Shown in pieces: positions 27,082 through 40,257 of a DNA stretch of 64,000 nucleotides (positions are counted from its first letter, which is position 1; each line of letters opens with the position of its first letter). The notes under the pieces were generated by a model. That model searched no databases and was not told the origin of the DNA. It saw nothing but the letters and a program-made list of their open reading frames with translations. This DNA is from Macrostomum lignano (taxonomy: Eukaryota): contig NIVC01000736.1 in NCBI GenBank assembly GCA_002269645.1, positions 310,001-374,000 of the forward strand. The letters are read 5' to 3'. Made by a program: the position numbers and the translations under genes.

Positions 27082-27955
27082 ATTATAGTCATATATATCT
27101 TGCTCTTTCTTGTGCATTGCACTTTCATTTTTTCAATCAACTATCAATATTAAATACAAATTAGAGAGTTCACTAAGATGCCTTCTATAATTTATATACT
27201 TGTATTTGACTTTAATGTCCCTTACAAATAATGCAACAACCACCCTACTATGCACATTAAAAAGGGAGAACCCTAAGTATCACATGACAGCACTATAGAA
27301 GCTAAAGGGTATAGGCAGGTACAACTATGATTATTGCCTAAAGTATATTTGGGACCCAGGTGCATATGCCTTTGCTTCTAACTAGACCTAATCTAATTAG
27401 CTAAGAAGTCTATTATCTTCCCATATACAAAAAAATTATTTGCTATATTTCATCAATAAGAGCAAGCTATAATAGTGTAGCTTTGTCATTTAAGTTATTT
27501 GTCAATAAATATATTAAAAACTACCAAAAAGCTAAGCCAAGGCCTAAAAAAGCTAGAAAACTAATATAAAATTTTTAATTGTTTAATCCTAAAAAGGGAT
27601 GCTAATATCTTTAGATGAGATGGCTATCTTTCAGGTTTGATGCTTTTTGCTTTCAATATTTTTGCTTTTAAACTAAGAAGACTAGATAGTTGACTACACA
27701 AGGTCAAAAGCTTTATGTAGTATACTAAAAAACTATATCTCTTTGTTGCCTTACTAAAGGTATATAGATTGTTAGTTTACATGCTAAATAATAAAAAATT
27801 GATATAATAAATCTGTTATGTTGAATTTTAATAAAAAAATAACAAGTGATTTGTTATATACCTGCGATGGTGGCGATGCTCCAAAGTCAGAATGTATCGT
27901 TGCGTTTCTTTCAGTTAAAAAAGCTGAAAACTGTGAATTGCAAAGAGTTGCAGGT

Positions 27956-30077
27956 ATGGCCACACAGACACAGAAAGTTGATGCTCAGCCGGCACAGTTC
28001 AGGTGAGTGTTGATCATCATCACCTTGCCGTTTTGCATCGCTGCTGACTAGTGAGGGTTATATCTGACTTATTGGCTCAAAAACCAAATCACCGACTCTT
28101 TATAGGCTGCTGCCAAAGGTGATCAATGGCGCCATTGCTGGCCTGATTGGCGTCACCTGCACTTTCCCCATCGATCTGGTCAAGACTCGCCTGCAGAAGC
28201 AGCAGGGGGGCACCGGATGTACAGTGGAATGTGAGCAGCTCACCTTATAGTCTGCTGTATTTGAGCAATTTGATCTGTAGATTTTCTGACGAAACCTGCG
28301 CTGTCCAATGCACTTTTGCAGGATCGACTGCGGCAAAAAGACGTTTATGAAGGAGGGCTTCTTCGGCATGTACAGAGGTATTTGAGCTGGGGATTATTGA
28401 ATTTTGGGATTAGCATTGATTGATTGAGGATTCTGAAACGGATAATGAGGTGAGATTATAATCAAGTGGAACTAGGGATTAGGATAATGTCATGGGATTC
28501 GAGACTGGGATCAGATTCGGAATTTTTATGATTCATCTCGCAGGCAGCGCCGTCAACCTGCTGCTGATCACCCCGGAGAAGGCAATCAAACTGGTTGGAA
28601 ACGATTTCTTCAGACATAAACTGGAAACGCCCAGGTAAATGATCGAACATCGTTCTACAGATAAAAGCTGTAAAAGTGCAAATCGATAATTTAAAAGTAC
28701 GTTCCCCTTCACTGCCGCAGCGGCAAGCTGACGCTGCCCCGCGAATGCCTGGCCGGCGGTCTGGCCGGTGCCTGCCAGATCGTGGTGACCACCCCCATGG
28801 AGCTGCTGAAAATCCACGGCCAGGTGGCCGGAGCCGCTGCCGACGCAGCCGGGACGCCCCGGGCCTCGACGACCTCAGTGGCGCTCAACTTGATCCGGGA
28901 GCGCGGCATCACTGGCCTCTATAAGGGCTTCGGCTCGACCTTCCTGCGCGACGTCTCCTTCTCGGTGATTTATTTCCCGCTGTTCGCCCACCTGAACCAC
29001 CTGGGCCCGAGGAAGAGCCCGGATTCGCAGGACGCCGCCTTCTATGTGTCGCTGCTGGCTGGAATCGTGTCCGGCGCCACCGGCTCCTTCTGCGTCACTC
29101 CGCTGGACGTCATCAAAACTCGACTGCAAATTCTCAAGCACGGCGACGGTGATGTCAAATTTAATGGCGTCATCGACTGCTTCAGGTTGGCTAGGGATTG
29201 CTTGTTGGCCAATGATGGGTTGTGGAGAATCGCAGATTATGACTGTACACTTAGAGGGGAGAGAATGAATGTACACTCGGGGGAGAGAATGAATGTACAC
29301 TCAGAGGGGGGGAGGAGAATGAATGTACACTCAAGGGTAGAGAATGAATGTACGCTCAGAGGGGTAGAGAATGAATGTACACTCAGAGGGGTGGAGAATG
29401 AATGTACACTCAGAGGGGGGGAGGAGAATGAATGTACACTCAGAGGGGTAGAGAATGAATGTACACTCAGGGGGGTGGAGAATGAATGTACACTCAGAGG
29501 GGTAGAGAATGAATGTAAACTCAGAAGGGGTAGAGAATTAAAGTACATTCAGAAGGGGAGAGAATGAATGTACACTCAGAAGGGGTAGAGAATCAATGTA
29601 CACTCAGAAGGGGTAGAGAATCAATGTACACCCATAGGGGAAGAGAATGAATGTACACTTAAAAGGTTGGAGAACGAGTGTACACTTAGAGGGGTAGAGA
29701 ATGAATGTACGCTCGAAGGGGTAGAGAAGGAAAGTACATCAATAGGGGTAGAGAATGAAAGTACACCCAGAGGGGTAGAGAATGAAAGTACACCCAGAGG
29801 GGTAGAGAATGAAAGTACACCCAGAGGGGTAGAGAATGAAAGTACACCCAGAGGGGTAGAGAATGAAAGTACACCCGGAGGGGTAGAGAACGAATGTACA
29901 CTCAAACGATTTGAACGCCCCTCTTACAGAAAAACGCTCACCAACGAAGGCGTGACGGCATTCTTCAAAGGCGCCGGGTGCCGCATGGCGGTGGTGGCGC
30001 CACTGTTCGGCATAGCGCAAGCCGTGTACTATGTGGGCATAGCGGAGTTCCTGCTCGACAAGTGCTCATTTGCGTGA
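27956..30077 (+). CDS. SLC25A22: Mitochondrial glutamate carrier (SLC25A22/SLC25A18 orthologue); exons 27956-28002, 28106-28230, 28322-28377, 28544-28634, 28721-29185, 29930-30077; one-base frameshift in exon 2
   Basis: [88 protein letters not shown]; three Px(D/E)xxK carrier signatures. Confidence 0.93.
29240..29903. repeat. 27-bp minisatellite GAGAATGAATGTACACTCAGAGGGGTA in SLC25 intron 5
   Basis: About 24 copies. Confidence 0.93.
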
Positions 30078-30799
30078 ACACTCTGGTGTGATACTGCTAG
30101 ATAAAGCTAAATTCATATTAATGATAACATCATGCAAGTCATCGGCTCCTTCAGTATACTTTGCATTCACCTGTCAACTGATTACGAAAATCTAGAGGAA
30201 TTTTTCGCGTGCGCACCTCCGCCCTGCCAGACCACCATGAAAAGATTCTGGCCAATACTTGGCATTGATTAACTGACTACATGCAATGCTCGGAAATATG
30301 CCGCTCTCATTCTCGTGTAGCCAATTTATATCGATAGAAACTTTACTAAGCTTGTGTTGTTTAACTGAGAATTCCAAGTTGTACACCTGACCCCGCTATC
30401 AAGAAGGCTTGTTAATTGCATTCTTTTTCCCTTGCCCTTAGTCAGTTTTTTCTCCTGTTTTATTAGTTTTTAGTGTCACAATGTTCACCCCTAATGAGAT
30501 AGAAGAACTGTTAATTGCACTACCGTATCATTGAGTTATTTTAATTGGATTGGCTTTGTGCAGCTTGGTTTTGTTCGAATTTCATCGTTTTGAAGTGTCT
30601 GTGTGTGATGCAGTTTCCGCTGCCGCTTGCTGTCTCATAATAAATTTGTTTTATTCCTTAGCAATAGTTAAATAAAATAGTTCATTAGCCACTCTCAAGT
30701 TGACTAATAATCATGTTTCCGAGATCTCTTCCAAAAAATTTGCTACAGTTCTCCTTGTTCTTTTAGTCACCTGTAAAATGTCTAGATTGGGTTCATCTC

Positions 30800-31300
30800 T
30801 GTCTACCCAACCTAACTGTCTACCCAACCTTCCTGTCTACCTAACCTACCTGTCTACCTAACCTACCTGTCTGCCCAACCTTTCTGTCTACCCAACCTTC
30901 CTGTTTACCTAACCTACCTGTCTGCCCAACCTACCTGTCTACCCAACCTTCCTGTCTACCTAACCTTTCTGTCTACCCAACCTACCTGTATACCCTACCT
31001 TCCTGTCTGCCCAACCTGCCTGTCTGTTCAGCTCCCTGTCTACCCAACCTCCCTGTCTACCCAACCTCCCTGTCTACCCAACCTACCTGTATACCCTACC
31101 TTCCTGTCTGCCCAACCTGCCTGTCTGTTCAGCTCCCTGTCTACCCAACCTCCCTGTCTACCCAACCTTTCTGTCTGCCCAACCTACCTGTCTAGCCAAC
31201 CTTCTTGTCTGTCCACCTTCCTGTCTACCCAACCTTCCTGTCTACCCAATCTTCCTGTCTACCCAAACTACCTGTCTGCCCAACCTCCCTGTCTGAACAC
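30800..31300. repeat. 17-bp minisatellite CTGTCTACCCAACCTTC between SLC25A22 and seipin
   Basis: About 28 degenerate copies. Confidence 0.9.
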
Positions 31301-31447
31301 TACCAGTCTCTTTGCTCAGCCCTAGCACTGGCTAGATGTAGCTGCAGTTATTATTAATTTTGCTGAATGCCGCCAAAGCCCAGCCAATCGCTGACAACCT
31401 GCAGCCCAGCTGGCGGCAGCCGCAGCCGCTGCTCAGACTGAAAGCAA

Positions 31448-34027
31448 ATGGACTTAGACGTTGGCGGAGAGGACCCGCCGCAGCAGCAGCGGTTCTGGCT
31501 GAGCCAGCTGCTCTCTGATTGGCTGACAAGCCTGACCAATCGGTGCGCAGCTGCGGCCAGAGCCGCCGTTCCTGTGGCCGCCTGGCTGGCGAAGGTGGGC
31601 AGCTTCCTCGGCACGGCCCTGCTGCTGGCCAGCGCCATCTACCTGCTCCTGTACTACACTCTCATCGGCGAGGAGGTGGTGAGCCGCAGACTGTACTTCA
31701 CATTCGACTCCGCCTGCAAGCTCAAACTGGAGCCCGCTGCTACGGGCCTGCCCGAGGATCTCGCCTGCGGATTTCCCGTCGCCAATGTTTCGCTGGCGCC
31801 CAACAGGGACGAGGTCGGCGAACTCGTCTATGGCCAGGTGAGGCTAGACTTCTAGTCTAGTCTAGTCTAATCTAGTCTCTAGGTGAGATATAGTCTCAAA
31901 TGAGATATAGTCTCAAGCTAGATATAGTCTCAAATGAGATATAGTCTCAAGATAAGATATAATCTCAAGTTAGATATAGTCTCAAGCTGGATATCGTCTC
32001 AAGCTAGATATAGTCTCAAGATAAGATATAGTCTCAAGGTGTCAGAGCTCTATGCTAATAAGTAGAAAGTAAAGAGTATGGCGTTAAAAGCTTGCATGAC
32101 AGGCAAAAAAACTGTTGAGGAAGTCTTAGAGGACCCCCCGCTCCCCCGCTCCCAGGCCTACCGGGTCAGCGTGCGGCTGTGGCTGCCGGACAGTCGGCCC
32201 AACCGCCTGGCTGGCATGTTCCTCATCCGGCTGCAGCTCTACTCTCCTGGATTCGAGCCCGGGACCTCAGCGATCCGGCCCGCCCTGCTGCCGCACCGGC
32301 CCTGGGCGGCTCGCCTGTTTGGCGACCTGACCGCCGCGGCCTTCGGCCTCCTGATTGGCTGGGACGCGGAGCCGCGGCAGCTGAGCGTCGACTTGCTCGA
32401 TGACTACGTGGAGAACCCCTTCATCAGGTCCAGCGGCCTGCTGGTGGAGCTGCAGAGCCGCCGAGTGCAGGTGGGGAGTCTGAGGACTGACCTTTAAAAC
32501 ATGCCGTAAATGTTTACTGTCGTAAACTGTCGTAAACCATGAACTGAAATCTCCTTTGTGCCTGGCCGTTCAAGGAAACTCCCTCAGGAGTCATTCCAAA
32601 AAACTCCCTTAAGGTCTTTCCAAGAAACTCCTTTAGTAGCTACCCTCAGGAATCCCCCGTAGCTACCCTCAGGAATCCCCCTTAGTCACCCTCAGGAATC
32701 CCCCTTAGTCACCCTCAGGAATCCCCCGTAGCTACCCTCAGGAATCCCCTTAGTCACCCTCAGGAATCCCCCTTAGTCACCCTCAGGAATCCCCCTTAGC
32801 TACCCTCAGGTATCCCCGTAGCTACCCTCAGGAATCCCCCTTAGCTACCCTCAGGAATCCCCGTAGCTACCCTCAGGAATCCCCCTTAGCTACCCTCAGG
32901 GATCCCCCTTAGCCACCCTCAGGAATCCCCGTAGCTACCCTCAGGAATCCCCCTTAGCTACCCTCATGAATCCCCCTTAGCCACCCTCAGGAATCCCCGT
33001 AGCTACCCTCAGGAATCCCCCTTAGCTACCCTTAGGAATCCCTTTAGCCACCTTCAGAAATCCCCTTAGCCACCCTCAGGAATCCCCTTAGCCACCTTCA
33101 GGAATCCCCTTAGCCACCCTCAGGAATCCCCCGTAGCTACCCTCAGGAATCCCCCTTAGTCACCCTCAGGAATCCCCCTTAGTCACCCTCAGGAATCCCC
33201 CGTAGCTACCCTCAGGAATCCCCTTAGTCACCCTCAGGAATCCCCCTTAGTCACCCTCAGGAATCCCCCTTAGCTACCCTCAGGTATCCCCGTAGCTACC
33301 CTCAGGAATCCCCCTTAGCTACCCTCAGGAATCCCCGTAGCTACCCTCAGGAATCCCCTTAGCTACCCTCAGGGATCCCCCTTAGCCACCCTCAGGAATC
33401 CCCGTAGCTACCCTCAGGAATCCCCCTTAGCTACCCTCAGGAATCCCCTTAGCCACCCTCAGGAATCCCCGTAGCTACCCTCAGGAATCCCCCTTAGCTA
33501 CCCTTAGGAATCCCTTTAGCCACCTTCAGAAATCCCCTTAGCCACCCTCAGGAATCCCCTTAGCCACCTTCAGGAATCCCCTTAGCCACCCTCAGGAGTC
33601 CCCCTTAGCCACCTTCAGGAATCCCCTTAGCCACCCTCAGGAATCCCCTTACCCAACCAATCACCATCCATCCCGGCCGCACTTCGCAGGTCCAACGAGC
33701 CGTCGTGGAGTTCCGCGCCCGCCTGTCGGGCTAAAGTACATGATGTACTCGTACCCGCTCATCTCCGCCTGCCTGGGCATCCCCGCCATCGCCTGGCTGC
33801 TGTTGCTGGTGTCAGCGCCAGTGCTGCTGCGCAGATGGCTGAGCGGAGGCGGCGAGGAGGCCGACGCTGACTGGCTGGATGGCGACGGGGGCGACGGCGG
33901 GCCGCAGCCGATGCCGCTGCTGGACCCGACGCGGCACGAGGCGGCAGCGGCGTACGGCGGCGGCGGCGGCGGCGGTGGGGAAGCCAGACGGAGACGCGCC
34001 GACGGCGACGGCGACGGTTGCAACTGA
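31448..34027 (+). CDS. BSCL2: Seipin (BSCL2); exons 31448-31837, 32156-32470, 33690-34027; one-base frameshift at 33728-33730
   Basis: TM1 (SFLGTALLLASAIYLLLYY), LYFTFDSAC, FPVANVSL, GQ|AYRVSVRLWLPDSRPNRLAGMF, VQ|VQRAVVEFRARLSG(L)KYMMYSYPLISACLG, TM2. Confidence 0.9.
31881..32038. repeat. 20-bp minisatellite AGATATAGTCTCAAG in seipin intron 1
   Basis: About 8 copies, preceded by a short (TCTAG)n run. Confidence 0.85.
32630..33650. repeat. 22-23-bp minisatellite AGGAATCCCCCTTAGCTACCCTC in seipin intron 2
   Basis: About 45 copies with a ~474-bp second-order duplication. Confidence 0.95.
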
Positions 34028-34214
34028 TGGAGCTCGATTGAATTCAGACGGGGTTCAAGGACGCATCAGCCATGGAGCTCTGAGTGTCCTTCGTATCCAT
34101 GGATTTTCAAACCAAGCTTCTGGCTTGGAGTTTTTGTAACTATAGAGTATATGATGCCGGGTTGTGACTGGCTTTGAGTCTCAGCGATCATGAAGTCTCT
34201 ATGAAAACCATGGA

Positions 34215-34916
34215 GCTCTAGATTAAGTATCTGGCTCTCAGAGTGTCTGCAGCCATGGAATTCTAGATTAGGTATCTGGCTCTCAGAGTTTCTGTAGCCA
34301 TGGAGTTCTAGATTAGGTATCTGGCTCTCCTACTGTCTGCAGCCATGGAGTTCTAGATTAAGTATCTGGTTCTCCTACTGTCTGCAGCCATGGAGTTCTA
34401 GATAGAGTATCTGGTTCAGAGTTTCCCTAGCCATGGAGTTCTAGATAGAGTATCTGGTTCAGAGTTTTCCTAGCCATGGAGTTCTGGATAGATTATCTGG
34501 TTCAGAGTTTCCCTAGCCATGGAGTTCTAGATAGAGTATCTGGTTCAGAGTTTTCCTAGCCATGGAGTTCTGGATAGATTATCTGGTTCAGAGTTTCCCT
34601 AGCCATGGAGTTCTAGATAGAGTATCTGGTTCAGAGTTTCCCTAGCCATGGAGTTCTAGATAGAGTATCTGGTTCAGAGTTTTCCTAGCCATGGAGTTCT
34701 GGATAGATTATCTGGTTCAGAGTTTCCCTAGCCATGGAGTTCTAGATAGAGTATCTGGTTCAGAGTTTCCCTAGCCATGGAGTTCTAGATAGAGTATCTG
34801 GTTCAGAGTTTTCCTAGCCATGGAGTTCTGGATAGATTATCTGGTTCAGAGTTTCCCTAGCCATGGAGTTCTAGATAGATTATCTGGTTCAGAGTTTCCC
34901 TAGGCATGGAGTTCTG
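34215..34916. repeat. 43-bp minisatellite AGCCATGGAGTTCTAGATAGAGTATCTGGTTCAGAGTTTCCCT downstream of seipin
   Basis: About 16 copies. Confidence 0.94.
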
Positions 34917-35539
34917 GCACTGGGAAACTACTCTGACAGACTTTTTCTCTCATTCCTCTTGCATTTTTGGCGCTGCATGTCGAGAACAAACTACTGCACA
35001 CTTATTTGCTTTGCGTGTTCTGGTAGAACTTGTTTTGTTATAACTGCATTATTTTTTTGCGGTAAAACTTGGCTTGGATCTAATCTGGTTTATGTGAAAT
35101 ATTGCACCCCTATCTATTTCAATTCTCAAGCACCAATTATTGTCACTGTTATGTACTTTTAAGCTTAACGCTTCCAGTTCAAGCTTAGGAATCAAGATTT
35201 CTGCACAGGCATCAGGGTATGCTAAGCCCTTTTAATTTGGTTCTTATTTTGGTTCTCGTAGAAGCTATTTTTCATTTCATGACCGAGAAACTCAACAAGT
35301 TGAAAAATTGTTCTATTTATTGTTCTAAATAAAACAATTTATTTTTGTATAATTGCCATTTATCCAATTTTGCTTTCTTGGCTCTCGATATACTGCTTGT
35401 TCCTGGAATGAAAAATTCCCTCAAACAGTGTGACCATACTGACCTTTGAACAAAATCCAAACCACGTGACTGCAGTCGCCTCAGATAACCCCACCTTAAT
35501 GACCTTAGAAAATGATATTAAACCCGTGACCCCTCTGAC

Positions 35540-36287
35540 TTTACTCAAGGACCTTGAACCTCACTGACCTTAGAAATGACCTTGAACCCCAATGACCTTA
35601 GAAAATGACCTTTCACCACCTGTCCTTAGAAAATGACCTTTCACCACCTGGCATTAGACAATGACATTCAACTTCACTGACCTTAGAACATGATATTGCA
35701 CCGCCTGACCTTAGAAAATGATCTTGAACTTCACTGACCTTAGACAATGACCTTGAACCCCAATGACCTTGAACCAATGACCTTGAACCCCAATGACCTT
35801 AGACAATGACCTTAACCTCACTGACCTTAGATAATGACCTTAACCTCACTGACCTTAGACAATGACCTTAACCTCACTGACCTTAGACAATGACCTTGAA
35901 CCCCAATGACCTTAGACAATGACCTTGAACCCCAATGACCTTAGACAATGACCTTGAACCCCAATGACCTTGAACCACAATGACATTAGACAATGACCTT
36001 GAACCTCACTGACCTTAGACAATGACCTTGAACCCCAATGACCTTAGACAATGACCTTGAACCCCAATGACCTTAGACAATGACCTTGAACCCCAATGAC
36101 CTTGAACCACAATGACATTAGACAATGACCTTGAACCCCAATGACCTTAGACAATGACCTTGAACCCCAATGACCTTGAACCCCAATGACCTTAGACAAT
36201 GACCTTGAACCCCAATGACCTTGAACCACAATGACCTTAGACAATGACCTTGAACCCCAATGACCTTAGAAAATGACCTTGAACCCA
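35540..36287. repeat. Composite minisatellite AATGACCTTGAACCCC / AATGACCTTAGAC upstream of HINFP
   Basis: Alternating 16- and 13-bp subunits. Confidence 0.92.
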
Positions 36288-36323
36288 CATGGCGCTAACA
36301 TCCGCTGCTCTGCAGCTCTCTCC

Positions 36324-38882
36324 ATGCCGTACCCAGACGAGCAGATCCTGCGGTGCGAGTGGGCTGACTGCCAGCACTTGGTCCGCTGCTTCCCCGGCAA
36401 GCGGTGGGAGGACCAGCGCCTGGAGTTCAGCAAGCACTGCGAGCGCCACGCAGTCGAGGCGGTGCGCGTCCTGGCCGTCGAGTTCGGCGGGATCAGCGCC
36501 GCGGCCGAGCTGCAGTGCCAGTGGCGCAACTGCGACGCCAGGCTGGAGATCTGCGAGCAGGAGCTGCAGCAGAACCCGAACCGCCTGCTCGAACTGGCCG
36601 CCTGTCACGTGACCCAGCATGCGCATCACGTGATTGTGAAGCAGCTGGGCCGGAAGTTGATCGCGTCCAAGGGCTGGCCAGAGTGCTTGCTGAACTCCGC
36701 CTTCTGCAACAGCCTCGCTGACCAGGTGGGTTATCCGACTGAGCAGTTGCGAGTTCGATTCCTCACTTATTTGGCACTATAGAACAGAATAAACTGCCTT
36801 CAATGTTAAAATTCCGTTTATCATAGTGCTCACTGGCTTTTAGCCCTAATGTCCCTGCACAATTGGCTTTAACTAATAATTGCCTCTGAACGTCCACAGA
36901 ATAGGCCCGAAACACCCCACACAATGAGTCCTAATAATCCCACAGAATCGGCCCGAAACACCCCACATAATGAATCCTAATAATCCCACAGAATCGGCCC
37001 AAAACACCCCACATAATGAGTCCTAATCATCCCACAGAATCGGCCCGAAACACCCCACACAATGAGTCCTAATAATCCCACAGAATCGGCCCGAAACACC
37101 CCACACAATGAGTCCTAATAATCCCACAGTATCGGCCCGAAACACCCCACATAATGAGCCCTAATAATCCCACAGAATCGGCCCGAAACACCCCACATAA
37201 TGAGTCCTAATAATCCCACAGAATAGGCCCGAAACACCCCACATAATGAGCTCTAATAATCCCACAGAATCGGCCCGAAACACCCCACACAATGAGCCCC
37301 AATAATCCCACAGAATCGGCCCGAAACACCCAACATAATGAGCTCTAATAATCCCACAGAATCGGCCCGAAACACCCCACACAATGAGCCCCAATAATCC
37401 CACAGAATCGGCCCGAAACACCCCACGCAATGAGCTCTAATAATCCCACAGAATCGGCCCGAAACACCCCACACAATGAGCCCCAATAATCCCACAGAAT
37501 CGGCCCGAAACACCCCACGCAATGAGCTCTAATAAACCAACAGAATCGGCACTAAACACCCCACACAATGAGCCCTAATAACCCCACACAATGAGCCATA
37601 ATAACCCACACATTGAGCCATAATAACCCCACACAATGAGCCCTAATAACCCCACACATTGAGCCTTAATAACCCCACACAATGAGCCCTAATAACTCCA
37701 CACATTGAGCCCTAATAACCCCACACAATGAGCCCTAATAACCCCACACAATGAGCCCTAATAACCCCACACATTGAGCCCTAATAACCCCACACAATGA
37801 ACCCTAATAACCCCACACATTGAGCCAAAATAAGTCCCAATGACACTACTGCTGTGAACACTACCAGTAGTATCAATCAAACACCTGAACTCCGCCGCCC
37901 CAGTCGCCCGAGCCGGCGCCGCTCCGCTGCCAGTGGGACTCGTGCGAATATTTCACCTGCAACACCTGCGCCTTCTACCTGCATTGCTCCAATCACCGAT
38001 TCGAGTACGAGCGCCCGCCGCCCCAGCAGAAGTTCAGGCAGTACAGGCAGCGCGAGCACCGCGGCATCCGGGACATGCCCTGTCTGTGGCGCGGCTGCGA
38101 CCACGTCTGCCGCTCCATCAGCAACCTCACCGAGCACATCCGCTGCCACTCCAAGGAGAAGCCGACCGCCTGCCCGACCTGTGGCCAGAAATTCTTTAAT
38201 AATTCAAAACTGCAGAACCACCTGCTGAGGCAGGAGACGCCTAATCCCGTTCACAAGTGAGATTGGGGTTCCATGTTATCCCAGTGTGATCCAATCCCAG
38301 TGTGATCCCATCCCATCCCAGTGTGATCCTATCTAATCCCAGTGTGATCACATCCAATCCCAGTGTGATCCCATCCCATCCCAGTGTGATCCCATCCAAT
38401 CCCAGTGTGATCCCATCCCATCCCAGTGTGATCCCATCCAATCCCAGTGTGATCCCATCCCATCCCAGTGTGATCCCATCCCATCCCAGTGTGATCCCAT
38501 CCAATCCCAGTGTGATCCCATCCAATCCCAGTGTGATCCCATCCAATCCCAGTGTGATTCCATTCAATCCCAAAATGATCCTATCCAGTCTCATGATTAT
38601 TCTATCAAATCCTCACTCGCCGTGATCTCCGACCCGCGTGCGCAGGTGCGACCAGTGCCACAAGTTGTTCAGCTCGCAGCGCATCCTCAGCGATCACATG
38701 CGCCGCCACGTGAACACGCAGAAGTGCCCCCACTGCGAGTTCACCCTGCCGACGCCCAGCGCTTTGCGGCGGCACCTGCAGATGAGGCACAGCGAAGAGA
38801 GACCGTTTGTGTGCACCGAGCCCGGCTGCGGGCACAGCTGCAAAACTGAGGACCAGCTCAAGGTGCTCAGCCCAAACTTGTG

Positions 38883-38926
<44 letters not shown>

Positions 38927-38930
38927 GGCT

Positions 38931-38998
<68 letters not shown>

Positions 38999-39144
38999 GG
39001 AAGGCAGGCAGACAGGCAGGCAGACAGGCACAGGCAGACAGACAGGCACAGGCAGACAGACAGGCAGACAGGAAGGCAGGCAGACAGGCAGGCAGACAGG
39101 CAGGCAGACAGACAGACAGACAGGCAGACAGACAGGCAGGCAGG

Positions 39145-39194
<50 letters not shown>

Positions 39195-39397
39195 CACAGA
39201 TAGACATATAGACAGGCAGGCAGGCAGGCAGACAGACAGACAGGCAGACAGACAGGCAGGCAGGCAGGCAGACAGACAGGCAGGCAGACAGGCAGACAGA
39301 CAGACAGGCAGGCAGACAGACAGACAGACAGACAGACAGGCAGACAGGCAGGCAGGCAGACAGACAGGCAGGCAGACAGGCAGACAGACAGGCAGGC

Positions 39398-39451
<54 letters not shown>

Positions 39452-40233
39452 CTTGTTCGTACATATCGGCAGCCACTATAGCCAGGCCACTCCCCCCAAC
39501 CGTCCCGCAGGTGCACTCCCGACGGCACGATCGGTCGCTGCGCTGCGACATCTGCGACCAGCACTTCGTGACCACCCACTTCCTGTACCGCCACCTGTCC
39601 AAGGCGCACGGCTTCGACCAGCTGTCGCAGTCAGCCGAGCGGGTGTACGCCTGCCACCTGTGCCACCTGGTCACCAAGGACTCGCGCTGCCTGTCCCGCC
39701 ACCTCATGCGGCGGCACCATCTGAGTCGGCCAGCCGGGTTCTCCAAGTTTAGATTCGAACCCGGGACCGACGGCGTCTGCCGGCTGGTGCAGACCCGGCT
39801 GGAGAGCATCGAGGTCACAAAGGAGGTGCTCGGCAACGAGCTGGTTGAGCACCAGCTCAGCCTGCAACGGCAGCAGCAACAGCAGCAACAGCAGCAGCAG
39901 CAGCAGGAGCAGCAACAGGAAGAGCAGCAGGAGCAGCAGGTACGGCAGCAGCGCCAGCAGCAGCAGCGGCAGCACCACCTGCAGCGGCATCCCTGGGACT
40001 GCAAGGACGCCGCCGCTCACCTGCAGCTGCCGCTGGTCCTGGGACCGCACGAGGACGACTTCCGGTTGGAGCGCCAGCAGGAGCAGGAAATGCTGCTACT
40101 AGAAGAGCCCGGCTACCAGCAACAGCAGCTGCAGGCCGCCGAGGACGAGTTCCTGCCGCTGCTCAGCGTGGTGACGCCCAAAGCCGGACCATCCGATGAG
40201 CAGTGCCTGTCTCTGGATATCGGGGGGCTGTGA
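36324..40233 (+). CDS. HINFP: HINFP (histone H4 transcription factor / MIZF) C2H2 zinc-finger protein; exons 36324-36725, 37904-38256, 38646-38862, 39511-40233
   Basis: Finger order and linkers match HINFP: LRCEWADC, QCQWRNC, CQWDSC, CLWRGC...EHIRCHSKEKPTACPTCG.KFFNNSKL.NHLLRQ, SDHMRRHVN..KCPHC, RHSEERPF, FSKFRF...GVCRL..TRLESIEV. Junctions are phase-compatible. Confidence 0.92.
36890..37830. repeat. 46-bp minisatellite CCCACAGAATCGGCCCGAAACACCCCACACAATGAGTCCTAATAAT followed by its ~24-bp derivative, HINFP intron 1
   Basis: About 14 long units to 37560, then about 11 short CCCACACAATGAGCCCTAATAAC units. Confidence 0.93.
38277..38580. repeat. 21-bp minisatellite CCCAGTGTGATCCCATCCAAT, HINFP intron 2
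   Basis: About 14 copies. Confidence 0.92.
38882..39450. repeat. (GACA)n/(GGCA)n microsatellite, HINFP intron 3
   Basis: Mixed tetramer array. Confidence 0.95.
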
Positions 40234-40257
40234 CTGTGGTATCTGTGCTGCGGTTCG

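Noticed and set aside
38694-40050. Minus-strand 334-436-aa ORFs
   Set aside because: Antisense shadows of HINFP GC-rich codons, the CAG tract and the GACA repeat.
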